DNA of 64,000 nucleotides from an uncultured Phycisphaerales bacterium (GCA_963758525.1 CAVWVQ010000003.1:3168001-3232000), one strand, 5' to 3'; shown: positions 1 to 9,787, counted from the stretch's first letter. Made by a program: numbers and translations. The notes: generated from the letters alone by a model not told the origin.

Positions 1-312
1 CCTTTGAGCAGCGGCTCGGCAGCTTTCCTTGAGGAACTTCAAGCTCGTGGAATCGGCGTCGATGAATTCCATACGGAGGACGCCGAGTCACGAGTGCTTG
101 CCGCGATAAGCGATGGGACTGAGAAGGATATCGCTCAGCTCATGTCGGACAGCGGCTGCATCCCGCTCGGCCGATTGCTTGACACCATTCAGAAACTTGA
201 AAACTTCGGACTTATCATGAAGGTGGGACCGGCTGGAGAGGAAAAATTCCGCCTCTCTTCGAGCGGCGTTCGTGCTGCTGAGATGATGGGGGTTTGGCGG
301 GGGAAGGCTTGA
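1..312 (+). CDS. C-terminal part of a protein ending in a winged-HTH-like domain (probably 5'-truncated by the window)
   Basis: Frame is open from base 1. The segment ESRVLAAI..DIAQLMSDSG..LLDTIQKLENFGLI..EKFRLSSSG follows a wHTH pattern. Confidence 0.55.
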   Translation, partial: PLSSGSAAFLEELQARGIGVDEFHTEDAESRVLAAISDGTEKDIAQLMSDSGCIPLGRLLDTIQKLENFGLIMKVGPAGEEKFRLSSSGVRAAEMMGVWRGKA

Positions 313-977
313 CCTCAGAAATCGCATATTGCATCTCGTTTGTTCTCGGCGGGTTTGTAGGGCTTGCGGAACTGATCGTTCGGTACAAGGACGAACCCTT
401 GGAGGCGATCAAGACATTTGCAAGCGTGTGCTACATAGTCATAAACGCGCTCGCATCCCTTGGAACGATGTACGCAACCGAAGTGTTTGGATGGACATTC
501 GGCATAGCCGCCGGATCCGACACAAGTAAAATTCAATTCGTTCGGATCTTGGTCGCTGGTTTCTCGTCTATGGCGCTGCTCAGAAGTTCTCTGTTCACAG
601 TGCGCGTGGGGAATCAGGACTTGGGAATCGGATTTAGCGCGGTCATTCAGACTTTGCTTCGCGCGACCGACGCCGCTGTCGATCGCCATCGTGGATTGTC
701 GCGTGACCGGATTGTGAAAGCGATGGAGTCGGTTTCGTTTGAGAAGGCGGTTGCAGTCCTCCCCACATACTGTCTTGGATTAATGCAAAATCTTTCTCCT
801 CTTGACCAGGAGGCATTTGCGCGGAATATCGAGTCGATAAATAAACTCAAGACTGATCCCGCTGTGAAGAGCCGGCTGCTCGGTTTAGCTGTCATGAATG
901 TGATGGGCAGTCAGGTTTTGTTGTGTGCGATTGACTCCCTCGGCGACAAGATTCGGACTACTCCGACGCCGCGATAG
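294..977 (+). CDS. Hypothetical membrane protein (about 3-4 TM segments plus a helical C-terminal domain)
   Basis: 227-aa ORF (TTG start) with hydrophobic segments, overlapping the upstream gene end. Confidence 0.7.
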   Translation: MAGEGLTSEIAYCISFVLGGFVGLAELIVRYKDEPLEAIKTFASVCYIVINALASLGTMYATEVFGWTFGIAAGSDTSKIQFVRILVAGFSSMALLRSSLFTVRVGNQDLGIGFSAVIQTLLRATDAAVDRHRGLSRDRIVKAMESVSFEKAVAVLPTYCLGLMQNLSPLDQEAFARNIESINKLKTDPAVKSRLLGLAVMNVMGSQVLLCAIDSLGDKIRTTPTPR

Positions 978-982
978 GTTTG

Positions 983-2479
983 CTATGGTGATCGCTTACC
1001 AATTCTTATCGCTGCTTGCGCGGCGTTGTAGCCGCACATTCCGTGCACCCCGCCGCCGGGCGGCGTTGACGACGAGCAGAGAAACACATTCTTGATCGGC
1101 GTGGCGTAAGGGTTTATCTGCGCAATGGGGCGGGTGAAGAGTTGGCCGAGATGTTGCGCGCCGCCGTTGATGTCGCCGCCGATGAGATTGGGGTTGTAGC
1201 GTTCCAGGTCGTCGGTCCGGAAGACGCCGCGGGCGAGAACGCAATCGCGGAAGCCGGGGGCGAAGCGTTCGATTTGGGATTCGACCCGCTCTGACATATC
1301 GAAAGTGGATCCGTTGGGCACATGACAGTAGGCCCAGGCAATGTGCTTGCCGGGCGGGGCGCGCGAGGGATCGCAAACGGTGGGTTGCACGAGAAGCACA
1401 AACGGGCGCTCGGCGTGCTGCCCTTGCCAGGGCGCGGCTTCTGAGGCCGCGATTTCGGGGAGCGTGCCGCCGAGGTGGAGAGTGCCGGCGGCGGCGCATT
1501 GCGGGTCTTTCCAGGGGATCGGAGCGGTGAGGGCGAAGTCCATTTTGAAGACACCGGGGCCGTATCGATAACGTTCGAGGCGTTGGCGATATCGCTCAGG
1601 GAGTCTGTCGCCCGCGAGGCGGGTGAATTGCCGGGGAGTCACGTCGCAGAGAACGGTGCGGGCGTCGATCACTTCATCCAACGAGGTCACCGGCGAGTTC
1701 GTTTCGATCACTCCGCCGAGTGAGATGAAATGATCGGCCAGCGCGTCGGCCAGTCGCTGCGATCCGCCGATGACGACAGGCCATCCATCCACGTGAGCGG
1801 CGATCATCAAGACCAGGCCGAAGGCTGCCGTCGCGGTCCAATCGAGCGGCAGAATCGAGTGAGCGGCCGCTCCGGCAAAGAGCGCGCGGGCGCGATCCGA
1901 GCGGAACAGGTGCTCTGCCAGCGACTGGGCGGATCGCAGGGCGCTGGCTCCGAATCGAGCCAGGAGCAGGGGATGACGCGGAAGCCTGGGCGGTGCGAGA
2001 ATCGTGTCGAAGAGATTTTCCCATCGTTTGCTCAGCGGCGCGAAGAGCCCGCGGTAAGCGTCGGCGTCTTCGCCGAGAGCGTCGGCCGTCTCATCGAGCG
2101 ATTGGCTGACGAAACCCCGCGGCTGATCGTCCAGCGGATGCGCAAACGCGATCCTGGGCTTGGCGAATTTCACATCCAGCGGATGTTTGGCGTCGCGCAG
2201 CACTGAGCGCATGAATGGGGAGGCGACGGCCATCGCGTGGACGGTGGAGCAGATGTCGTGCGTGAAGCCGGGAAGCGTCAGTTCGGCGGAGCGCATCGAA
2301 CCGCCGACGGTGGGCGCGCCTTCACGGAGGAGAACGCTTTTCCCGGCGCGCGCGAGCGTGATCGCGGCGGCTAAGCCGTTGGGACCGGAGCCGATGACGA
2401 CTGCGTCGTACCGCGTACCACGGGTTTCCAACCCGTGCGAACTGCGCTCGATCTTCAAAGCTTCACTCTGCCCTGGCAA
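983..2479 (-). CDS. Phytoene dehydrogenase-like FAD-dependent oxidoreductase
   Basis: YDAVVIGSGPNGLAAA Rossmann motif, TLPGFTHDICS, C-terminal CSSSTPPGGGVHGMCG. Start uncertain. Confidence 0.9.
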   Translation of the reverse strand: MPGQSEALKIERSSHGLETRGTRYDAVVIGSGPNGLAAAITLARAGKSVLLREGAPTVGGSMRSAELTLPGFTHDICSTVHAMAVASPFMRSVLRDAKHPLDVKFAKPRIAFAHPLDDQPRGFVSQSLDETADALGEDADAYRGLFAPLSKRWENLFDTILAPPRLPRHPLLLARFGASALRSAQSLAEHLFRSDRARALFAGAAAHSILPLDWTATAAFGLVLMIAAHVDGWPVVIGGSQRLADALADHFISLGGVIETNSPVTSLDEVIDARTVLCDVTPRQFTRLAGDRLPERYRQRLERYRYGPGVFKMDFALTAPIPWKDPQCAAAGTLHLGGTLPEIAASEAAPWQGQHAERPFVLLVQPTVCDPSRAPPGKHIAWAYCHVPNGSTFDMSERVESQIERFAPGFRDCVLARGVFRTDDLERYNPNLIGGDINGGAQHLGQLFTRPIAQINPYATPIKNVFLCSSSTPPGGGVHGMCGYNAAQAAIRIGKRSP

Positions 2480-2528
2480 ACATCATGAGGGATTGCGGCA
2501 ACCCGGACGGGTTGGAAACCCGTGTTAC
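2415..2528. repeat. REP-like inverted pair (GTA[C/A]CACGGGTTTCCAACCCGT)
   Basis: Copies at 2415-2437 (+) and 2507-2528 (-), each an internal hairpin. Confidence 0.8.
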
Positions 2529-3750
2529 TTTTCGATCCGGTACAGCGCCATATCCGTTCGGATATACAAAGCGTTTCCCGCCACGGCGGGCGAGGCGAGG
2601 ATTCGTCCGTCGAGCTGATTTTCCGCTACCTCATCGAGCTTGTTTTCGGGGCGAATGACGGCGCACTTGCCATGCTCATCGAAGAAATAGATCAGACCGT
2701 TGGCATAGATCGGCGAGGCGCTGGAACCAGCGACGATCCGGCTCTGCCAGAGCTGCTGTCCGGTCTTTTCGTCGAGGCATCGGGCGATGCCGCTGTCGGA
2801 GGTGAAGAAGACCATGCCATTGACGACGAGGACCGAGGGCTTCAGCGGCGCGCCCTTTGTCCACTTCCAGATGACCGGAGCGATGTGGTCGGGTCCTTGG
2901 CCGTGTGGATCGATGGCCCATAACTCGGCGTTGCTGAAGCCGGTGCTGACGAAGGCCATCCCATCGGCGTAGACCGGGCGCGGCGTGTTGGAGAATCCGG
3001 GCAGATTACAGTGCCACAATTCCTTGCCGGTGAGGGGTTCATAGCCGTAGACGCAACGCGAGCCGACGCTGATCAGTTGATCTTCGCCGTCGATCGTGGC
3101 GACGGTCGGCGTGCAGTACGCCTTGCGGATGTCGGGGCGCAGCGTGCTGAGCGGGTAGGTGCGATCAATGCGATAGGCGAGGCGCCCGGTTTCCTTATCG
3201 AGAGCGGCAAGGTATTGCACGTCCATGCCGTCGCAATGAAGCAGGAAATAATGCTTCCAGAGGATCGGGCTGGAGCCGGGGCCTTCCTTATGATCGAGGC
3301 GAAGCTCCTGGTTTTTCCAGAGGATTTGCGCGGTGGTCGCGTCGAGGCAGGCGCTGCCGTAGGTTCCGAAGCTGACGTAGACCCGGCCGTGCTCGAGTAC
3401 CGGCGTTGGCGAGGCGTAGGAGTTGAAGTCGTTTTTGGGCTCGAGTTGGGATTCGGCAAAGACTTCGACGTTTTGCGTAATCTTTCCCGAGTCCTGATCG
3501 ACGCAGATCGCCCGCAATGATTTGCCGTCGTTGGTGGCAGTGGTAATCCAGATCTGCTTGTCGAGAATCACCGGGGACGACCAACCGAGGCCGGGAATTG
3601 CCGTCTTCCACGCGACGTTTTTCGTCTCGCTCCAAGTCGTGGGAAGATCGGAAGACGCTGCCCAGCCCTGCTGGGTCGGCCCGCGAAACTGCGGCCAGTC
3701 CTCGGAGGCTTGGGCATGGGCAAAAAGCAGGATGCACGCCAGCAGGGCAA
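2525..3750 (-). CDS. Exported PQQ-like (BamB-type) beta-propeller protein
   Basis: ORF 2525-3571 stays open upstream through LLACILLFAHAQASEDWPQFRGP..GWSSPV. Contains SP/W propeller repeats. Start is approximate. Confidence 0.85.
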
Positions 3751-3928
3751 CGGATCCGATTCGTGTCGTTGATTTGCGCGGCCCGTTCTAGGCCTGATGA
3801 GCGGGCAAGTGCCTGGAGCCCCGATGATTTCAGAAATTGCTGCGCGACGCATCGCCCGGCATCTTACCCTCGGGAGAATCAGACCGCGACCAGCAAGTTA
3901 CGGGTGGAGGTGGACCGCGGGGAGTTGA

Positions 3929-4255
3929 TCAAAAGAACTCGGCCCCGATTTTGAATGACTCGTCTCCGGGCCGGCAGGAGAGGATGCGGATCTCGCTGGT
4001 GATTTTCTGCGGACCGACGCCGAGGCGAAGCAGGTAGTACGCGCCGGTGGGGACGGGAACCGGGATTTCAAAGCAGACGCCGTGTCGCGAGAGATTCAAT
4101 GTCGTCACTTCGACGCGATCGGCCGGGTCGGTGGCGGTGGGGGAGGAGAGCCACGCTTCACAGGTGTGCGGCGTGCGGTTGCTGCGCCGCCGTTCGCGAT
4201 CGCGTGGCGTTGATTCACTCTTCTTGCCGGACACGGCGGATGTTGCGGAACTCAT
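3929..4255 (-). CDS. PilZ domain protein
   Basis: ERRRSNR (RxxxR) and NLSRHG ([D/N]xSxxG) motifs. Confidence 0.8.
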   Translation of the reverse strand: MSSATSAVSGKKSESTPRDRERRRSNRTPHTCEAWLSSPTATDPADRVEVTTLNLSRHGVCFEIPVPVPTGAYYLLRLGVGPQKITSEIRILSCRPGDESFKIGAEFF

Positions 4256-4469
4256 GCAGATTTCATCGACGGGGCATTTGGACGATTGAGTCGCGCGCAC
4301 GGGAAATTCGGCCATTCGAGCGGGCTGTAGTGAATATTCTGGCAAGCTGTGCCGAAGTTGCGGTCGATTGCATCAGAATCAGTCTGCTCGTATGACTCTG
4401 ACGGGAATTCTTGCCGGAGCCGGTTATCGGTCCCGTGCTGTTTGAGTTTCGGCGATTACGAATGCAGAT

Positions 4470-5138
4470 ATGGAGCGGTTCGCGGTCATCATTCCGGCGG
4501 CGGGAACGTCGACGCGCTTTGGCGCGGGGCGAAACAAGCTGCTCGAATCGCTTGCGGGCGAAACCGTGCTCGGGCGGACGATTCGGGCGTTCGATCGCCC
4601 GGACGTTGCGGGCATCTTCGTGGCGACGGGAATCCGCGACTTCGCGTTTCAACGACATGTCGTTTTATGCCCGGGCGGGGCGTGCCGCGCGGCGAGCGTG
4701 CTGAGTGCTTTGGAAGCGGTGCCCAACGACATCGAATGGGTTGCGGTCCACGATGCGGCTCGGCCACTCGTCTCGGCAGGGTTGATCGACCGGACGTTTG
4801 AAGCCGCGATTCAATATGGAACGGCAATTCCGGCCATGCCGGTAGCGCTGACGGTGAAACAAGCCGGAGGGCCGCTGCCGGCGAAGGTCCAGCGCACTCT
4901 ACCGCGGCACACGCTTTGGACGATGCAGACACCCCAGGCGATGCGGCGCTCGGATCTGCTCGATGCGTTTCGGCAGTGTGCGGTACCGCTGGAGCAAATC
5001 ACCGACGACGCCCAATTGCTCGAACTGTCGGGAAGAGATGTTTGGCTAATCGACGGAGAGGAGAGAAATCTGAAGATCACAACCTCGCAAGATACGCTCG
5101 TTGCAGAAGCACTTTTGCGCTCCATGCCTCAGGCGTAG
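4470..5138 (+). CDS. ispD: 2-C-methyl-D-erythritol 4-phosphate cytidylyltransferase
   Basis: IPAAGTSTRFG..NK, VHDAARP, QTPQ, TDDA and NLKITT motifs. Confidence 0.92.
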   Translation: MERFAVIIPAAGTSTRFGAGRNKLLESLAGETVLGRTIRAFDRPDVAGIFVATGIRDFAFQRHVVLCPGGACRAASVLSALEAVPNDIEWVAVHDAARPLVSAGLIDRTFEAAIQYGTAIPAMPVALTVKQAGGPLPAKVQRTLPRHTLWTMQTPQAMRRSDLLDAFRQCAVPLEQITDDAQLLELSGRDVWLIDGEERNLKITTSQDTLVAEALLRSMPQA

Positions 5139-5323
5139 CGTCGCTGTTGTCCAACGGCTGACCGATCGACATTCTGGGCGATGCGGGCCAACTGGCGAAG
5201 CTCCCTGAGACGAAACAAAATCGCTTGAGCATCGCTGGCCAGATGTGGTCGGCGTTTGATCCGTCTCTGAACCTTGCCCAGCTCTTGAAGCAGCTCGGTT
5301 CGTTCCTGTTCACTTGTCCACAT
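5129..5323 (-). CDS. Small basic helical hypothetical protein
   Basis: 64-aa ORF with AAGGA SD upstream of the ATG. Confidence 0.55.
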   Translation of the reverse strand: MWTSEQERTELLQELGKVQRRIKRRPHLASDAQAILFRLRELRQLARIAQNVDRSAVGQQRRYA

Positions 5324-5565
5324 AGTTGAATCCTTTCAGGAGCGGTCGCTCAGCCGCCGCAAAACTGATGCCGCGGCCAGCAAGGCGAAGCCATCTGCAC
5401 CAACCGTGGTACTGTTCCCCATTATCGATCGTTTCTTCCGACCCGGGCCAGCATTCTGGCGTGGAGGGCGGACTCGCCGCCAATTTGGCTCGAAGGGCAG
5501 TCAAAACTTGACGATGCAGCATACGGGCGTGAACAATCCACTTTTCAATTTACTCAACGAGGCTC

Positions 5566-6372
5566 ATGATCGACTCACCTTATCTCGTCCAGCCTGGCAA
5601 AAAAGTTCGTCTGGCGGACTGGCCCACCGCCGACACGGGCGAATTTGAGGACAAATCAGACGCCAAGCCGCAGGCGCGCAAGCATTTGAAGCGGCTTTCA
5701 GAGCTGCAGGAACTGCTTTACGCCAGCGGGACGCACGCACTGCTGGTGGTCTTTCAGGCGATGGATGGCGGGGGAAAAGACGGGGCGATTGACCATGTGT
5801 TCAGCGGCGTCAATCCGCAGGGGTGCGTCGTCACAAGCTTCAAGGTTCCGTCGACAGAGGAGCAGTCACACGATTTCCTGTGGCGGATTCACAAGGCCGC
5901 GCCGGCGCGGGGAATGATTGGCATTTTCAACCGCTCTCACTACGAGAGCGTACTGGTGGAGCGCGTGCGAAAGCTGGCTCCAAAGGAGGTCTGGTCCGCC
6001 CGGTACGAGTCCATCAACGACTTTGAGAGGCTGTTGGCGAACGAGGGGACGACGATTCTCAAGTTTTTTCTGCACATCTCCTGGGAGGAGCAGAAACGCC
6101 GCATGGAAGCGCGATTGAAAGACCCGCGAAAGAACTGGAAGTTTTCCCCCGCTGACCTGAAAGAGCGGCGCCGCTGGGATGACTACATGGAGGCGTACGA
6201 GGACGCGCTGCACAAATGTTCGACCAAGTCGGCTCCCTGGTACATCGTGCCGGCCGATCACAAGTGGTACCGCAACTGGGTGGTGTCGGACACGATCGTT
6301 CGCGCGATCAAGCAGCTCAAGCTGTCATACCCGCCGCCGCTGCAGGACGCGGACAAGATTCGGGTGAGGTGA
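5566..6372 (+). CDS. ppk2: Polyphosphate kinase 2 family protein (class III-like)
   Basis: QAMDGGGKDG Walker A, HDFLWR, FNRSHYE, KFFLHIS and VPADHKW motifs. Confidence 0.95.
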   Translation: MIDSPYLVQPGKKVRLADWPTADTGEFEDKSDAKPQARKHLKRLSELQELLYASGTHALLVVFQAMDGGGKDGAIDHVFSGVNPQGCVVTSFKVPSTEEQSHDFLWRIHKAAPARGMIGIFNRSHYESVLVERVRKLAPKEVWSARYESINDFERLLANEGTTILKFFLHISWEEQKRRMEARLKDPRKNWKFSPADLKERRRWDDYMEAYEDALHKCSTKSAPWYIVPADHKWYRNWVVSDTIVRAIKQLKLSYPPPLQDADKIRVR

Positions 6373-6433
6373 GAGGGCGGTTGCGGCCAGCAAGTGTGTC
6401 GTTGAGAGTGGGGAATTGGATCGTTACCAGGGG

Positions 6434-6533
6434 TTAGCCGCGACGCGCAGCGGAGCGCGTATTCGAACGACGGACGGCGCAATTTCGCCTGTCGCGCAAT
6501 CCCATGACGCGCTCCGCTGCGCGTCGCGGCTAA
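6434..6533. repeat. Perfect 27-bp inverted repeat (TTAG-REP-like)
   Basis: TTAGCCGCGACGCGCAGCGGAGCGCGT at 6434-6460 and its exact reverse complement at 6507-6533. Confidence 0.9.
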
Positions 6534-6616
6534 TAACCCCGGATGACTGCGATGCGCGCAGGTACTTGGAACCGTGGTTGAGCCGCCGACGGCGCCCGGC
6601 GAGTTCTGCAGCGTTC

Positions 6617-6877
6617 TTAAGCTGCCCGTGGCGCGCGCCGCTGCACTGCGATCGAATCGCGCGGTGCCTGCCACCTGGAGCGGCGCAGCGGGGATGCTGG
6701 ATTTTCGTGCCCGTCGGTCGCCTCATGAGTTATTGCGAGTTGGGGTTTGACGTCCACGAAGAGAAATCCGCCCTCGGATTTGGACTGGACGCTGCCGCCG
6801 CGAATTCGCTCCAATACGTGTTCGAGAGCAATCCCCCACAAATCCGCCGCAATTTCTGGAACGACCCAACAAGACAT
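6617..6877 (-). CDS. Small hypothetical protein with an excisionase/MerR-like HTH N-terminus
   Basis: IAADLWGIALEHVLERIRGGSVQS..GFLFVDV pattern. C-terminus uncertain. Confidence 0.5.
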   Translation of the reverse strand: MSCWVVPEIAADLWGIALEHVLERIRGGSVQSKSEGGFLFVDVKPQLAITHEATDGHENPASPLRRSRWQAPRDSIAVQRRAPRAA

Positions 6878-6947
6878 GTCCGGCTCCGCTGAGAACCGAT
6901 GTTTTCATCGGCGAAACGCACGGCAACGCTTGAGCCACGAAGAGGGG

Positions 6948-7080
6948 ATCTGAAATATCCCAAATCTCAAATTTGAAATCCCTGAGACTTGATAGAGGTG
7001 ATCTAATTTGAAATCTCAAACACCATGAATTTGAAATCTCAAATATCTCAAATCAAAAAATCAAATCTCAAATTTGAAAT
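6948..7080. repeat. AT-rich heptamer array (AAATCTC/AAATTTG)
   Basis: Repeated aaatctc aaatttg aaatccc units in an otherwise GC-rich window. Confidence 0.85.
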
Positions 7081-7113
7081 AGATACCACGATCGGAGCGG
7101 CAGCCGTCGCCGG

Positions 7114-8307
7114 TCACGCGTACGCCGAGCTGGATGATGCCGGCCGGTCGGCGCGAGCCTTCTCTCGCTCGCGGCTGACGCGGGCCTCGTACCCGCTCTC
7201 CCGATAGGCGGCCATCGGATCCGGCGGCAAATTGTGTGTCTTACGCCATTCGCTCAACAAGGGGCGCACGTCGGTGAAGAAGGCGGTCCGCAATGTCTCC
7301 TCGGCATCGATGATGTTCATCCGCAGCTGCGCATCGCGAAGCTTCTCGCGATCAACCAGGCATGCCTTGGCGTAGAGCTCCTGTGCCGTGGTCACGGTCT
7401 GCAGCATCGCCTCGATCTTGGGCTTGAGATTGTGCGATTGATCGACCATATAGGCGATCTGCGAAACGTCCGTCCCATGGTTCTCGGCGGCGTTGCGGAT
7501 TTCGTTGAAGATGCGGAAGACCGCGTATGGGTCGATGCTGCCGAGCGTCAGGTCGTCGTCGGCATATTTGCGGTCGTTGAAATGGAAGCCGCCGAGCATT
7601 TCCTCGTCGAGCAGAAACGCGACGAGATGCTCGATATTCTGCCCGGGAAGGTGATGGCCGGTATCGACCAGCACCTTGGCGCGAGGCCCCGCGTCCTTCG
7701 CAAAGACGTAGCTCATCCCCCAGTCGGCAATGTCCGTGTGATAAAACGCCGGCTCAAACGGCTTGTATTCCACGAGCATCGTCATGTCCTGCGGCATGGC
7801 ATCGTGCCATTGCCGCAGGGCGCCGTGCATGCGATGCTTTCGGCTGACGATGTCATCCTGCCCCGGATAATTGGTTCCATCCGCGAACCAGAGACTCAGC
7901 AGCTTCGAGTCCACCGCCTTGGCGATGCTGATGCAGTCTGAAACGTGGCGGTGGGCGTGCTGCCGGGCCCGCTCGTCGGGCGAAGTCGCGGAGCCGAACT
8001 TGTAGACCTGGTCCTGGAAAAAGTTCGGATTGATCGATCCGATCTTCACGCCATTCCTCTTGGCCACCTCAGCGGTTTCCTGCGCGGCGACACCCAGCGA
8101 AAAATCCCACAGCACATGCACCGCCACCGTCGGACAACAGCCGGTGTATTGGTTCACGACGCCGGCGTCCGCGAGCTTCTCGTCAATGCTCGACGCGGCC
8201 GCGGGCTGGAGAAACTTGCCAAACCGCGTGCCGGTATCGGCATAGCCCCAGCTTGGGGTTTCGATTTTAAATGCGTCGAGAAGCGGGAAAATTGCGTCGC
8301 ACTCCAT
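7114..8307 (-). CDS. rhaI: L-rhamnose isomerase, RhaI-type (xylose isomerase-like TIM barrel)
   Basis: IETPSWGY..GTRF, WFADGTNYPGQ, EYKPFEPAFY, DTGHH, FHFNDRKYADDDL and DQSHNLK motifs. Confidence 0.88.
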   Translation of the reverse strand: MECDAIFPLLDAFKIETPSWGYADTGTRFGKFLQPAAASSIDEKLADAGVVNQYTGCCPTVAVHVLWDFSLGVAAQETAEVAKRNGVKIGSINPNFFQDQVYKFGSATSPDERARQHAHRHVSDCISIAKAVDSKLLSLWFADGTNYPGQDDIVSRKHRMHGALRQWHDAMPQDMTMLVEYKPFEPAFYHTDIADWGMSYVFAKDAGPRAKVLVDTGHHLPGQNIEHLVAFLLDEEMLGGFHFNDRKYADDDLTLGSIDPYAVFRIFNEIRNAAENHGTDVSQIAYMVDQSHNLKPKIEAMLQTVTTAQELYAKACLVDREKLRDAQLRMNIIDAEETLRTAFFTDVRPLLSEWRKTHNLPPDPMAAYRESGYEARVSREREKARADRPASSSSAYA

Positions 8308-8387
8308 GGGTGTTTCTCCGTAAGATTAGGTTATACCCGCAAATGGCCTTTTCGACAGAATGGCCGTGGGAAGCTATGATCTTAATC

Positions 8388-8759
8388 ATGGCGACCTCAA
8401 CGCGATGGCAGTATCTCGATCGCGATCCCAACTCCTCTTATCGCCAGCTTTCGATCAAGGGGCGGCGCATTAAAGCCAGGACGCTGGCCGGGGCGTTCCT
8501 TCGCGCCGATGAACCGATGACGATTGACGAGATCGCAATGAACTGGGACGTGCCGATCGAGGCGGTACGCGAGGCGATCGCATACGTCGGGTCCAAGCCG
8601 CCCGAACTTGAGCAGGATTATCGCTTCGAGGAGGCCATGGTGGAGTTGGCGGGCCACAACGATCCGGGCAGCGGGGGGCGGATGCTGCGCGCGGTACCTC
8701 CAGAGATCGAGGCGCGCCTTCGTCGCGAGATCTATGGCGGCGAGGGAGAGGCGAATTGA
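8388..8759 (+). CDS. DUF433-like antitoxin
   Basis: IKGRRI..MTIDEIAMNWDVPIEAVREAIAY pattern. Stop overlaps the start of the next gene. Confidence 0.75.
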   Translation: MATSTRWQYLDRDPNSSYRQLSIKGRRIKARTLAGAFLRADEPMTIDEIAMNWDVPIEAVREAIAYVGSKPPELEQDYRFEEAMVELAGHNDPGSGGRMLRAVPPEIEARLRREIYGGEGEAN

Positions 8760-9118
8760 GGCTTTACCTTGACGACGACGTGGCCGCGCGGCTACTCATT
8801 CAGCTATCGCGGCAGGCGGGTCACGACGTATGGGTGCCGATTGAAAATGGAACCGACGGTCTTTCCGATGTGCGCCACTTTGTTCGGGCGATAACTGATG
8901 CACGAGTCTTGCTCACCCTCAATTATGACGATTTCAACGATTTGCATCTTCTTCTGCAAACGGCATCTGGGCGGCATCCAGGCCTGATCGTTATCCGCAA
9001 GGACAATGATTCGGCTCGAGATATGAGCCCGCGTGGCATTGTCAACGCCCTTCGCAAGCTCGAATTGACCGAATCGGTGATCGAGAATCAGTATGTAATC
9101 CTCAACTATTGGCGATAA
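8756..9118 (+). CDS. DUF5615 / PIN-like toxin
   Basis: MRLYLDDDV..GHDV..SD..RVLLTLNYDDF..HPGLI pattern. Confidence 0.85.
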   Translation: MRLYLDDDVAARLLIQLSRQAGHDVWVPIENGTDGLSDVRHFVRAITDARVLLTLNYDDFNDLHLLLQTASGRHPGLIVIRKDNDSARDMSPRGIVNALRKLELTESVIENQYVILNYWR

Positions 9119-9127
9119 TCTACGACC

Positions 9128-9625
9128 ATGCCAAGCGACTCTTCATTCGACATCGTCTCGGAAATCGATCTTCAGGAACTGGATAACGCCATCAACCAGG
9201 CGGTGAAGGAAATTACCACACGGTATGACTTCAAGGGAACCGCCGCTTCGGTGACGTTTGACCGCAAGCTCAAGGAGCTGACGCTGACGGCCGACGCCGA
9301 GCAGCAGCTCGAATCCGTGCGGAAGGTCGTGATCGAGAAGATGATCAAACGCGGCGTCGATCCGAAGTCGATGGACCCGCAGAAAATCGAGCAGGCGACG
9401 CACAAGACCGTTCGCCAGCAGGTGAAGCTCAAGAGTGGGATCGACAAGGATACCGCCAAGAAAATTCAGAGGATCATCAAGGACCTGAAGCTGAAGGTCA
9501 ATGCATCGATCCAGGGGGAAGCGCTGCGCGTCAGCAGCTCCAAAAAAGACGACTTGCAGGCGGTGATGGCCCATCTGCGGGCGAATCCCGTCGGCATTCC
9601 GCTGCAATTCAACAATTACCGATAG
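9128..9625 (+). CDS. yajQ: YajQ family nucleotide/c-di-GMP-binding protein
   Basis: SFDIVSE, RYDFKG, IQGEALRVS..KDDLQ and LQFNNYR motifs. Confidence 0.95.
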   Translation: MPSDSSFDIVSEIDLQELDNAINQAVKEITTRYDFKGTAASVTFDRKLKELTLTADAEQQLESVRKVVIEKMIKRGVDPKSMDPQKIEQATHKTVRQQVKLKSGIDKDTAKKIQRIIKDLKLKVNASIQGEALRVSSSKKDDLQAVMAHLRANPVGIPLQFNNYR

Positions 9626-9656
9626 CTGCACGGAACAGTCGGGCTGATTCGTACCC

Positions 9657-9679
9657 GTGGCATGGGCTTCCAGCCCATG
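9657..9679 (+). repeat. REP-like palindrome GTGGCATGGGCTTCCAGCCCATG
   Basis: GTGG followed by a hairpin. A related copy lies at 60176-60198. Confidence 0.75.
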
Positions 9680-9787
9680 TAAACTGCATCGGAAGTAAAC
9701 AAATCCAGTTTCCGTCTGCTGCTGTCTGTGTTTTTCTTTCGCCGCATGCGCCAACACCGGCGGGACGGCCATGCAGGGCACCTAGTC

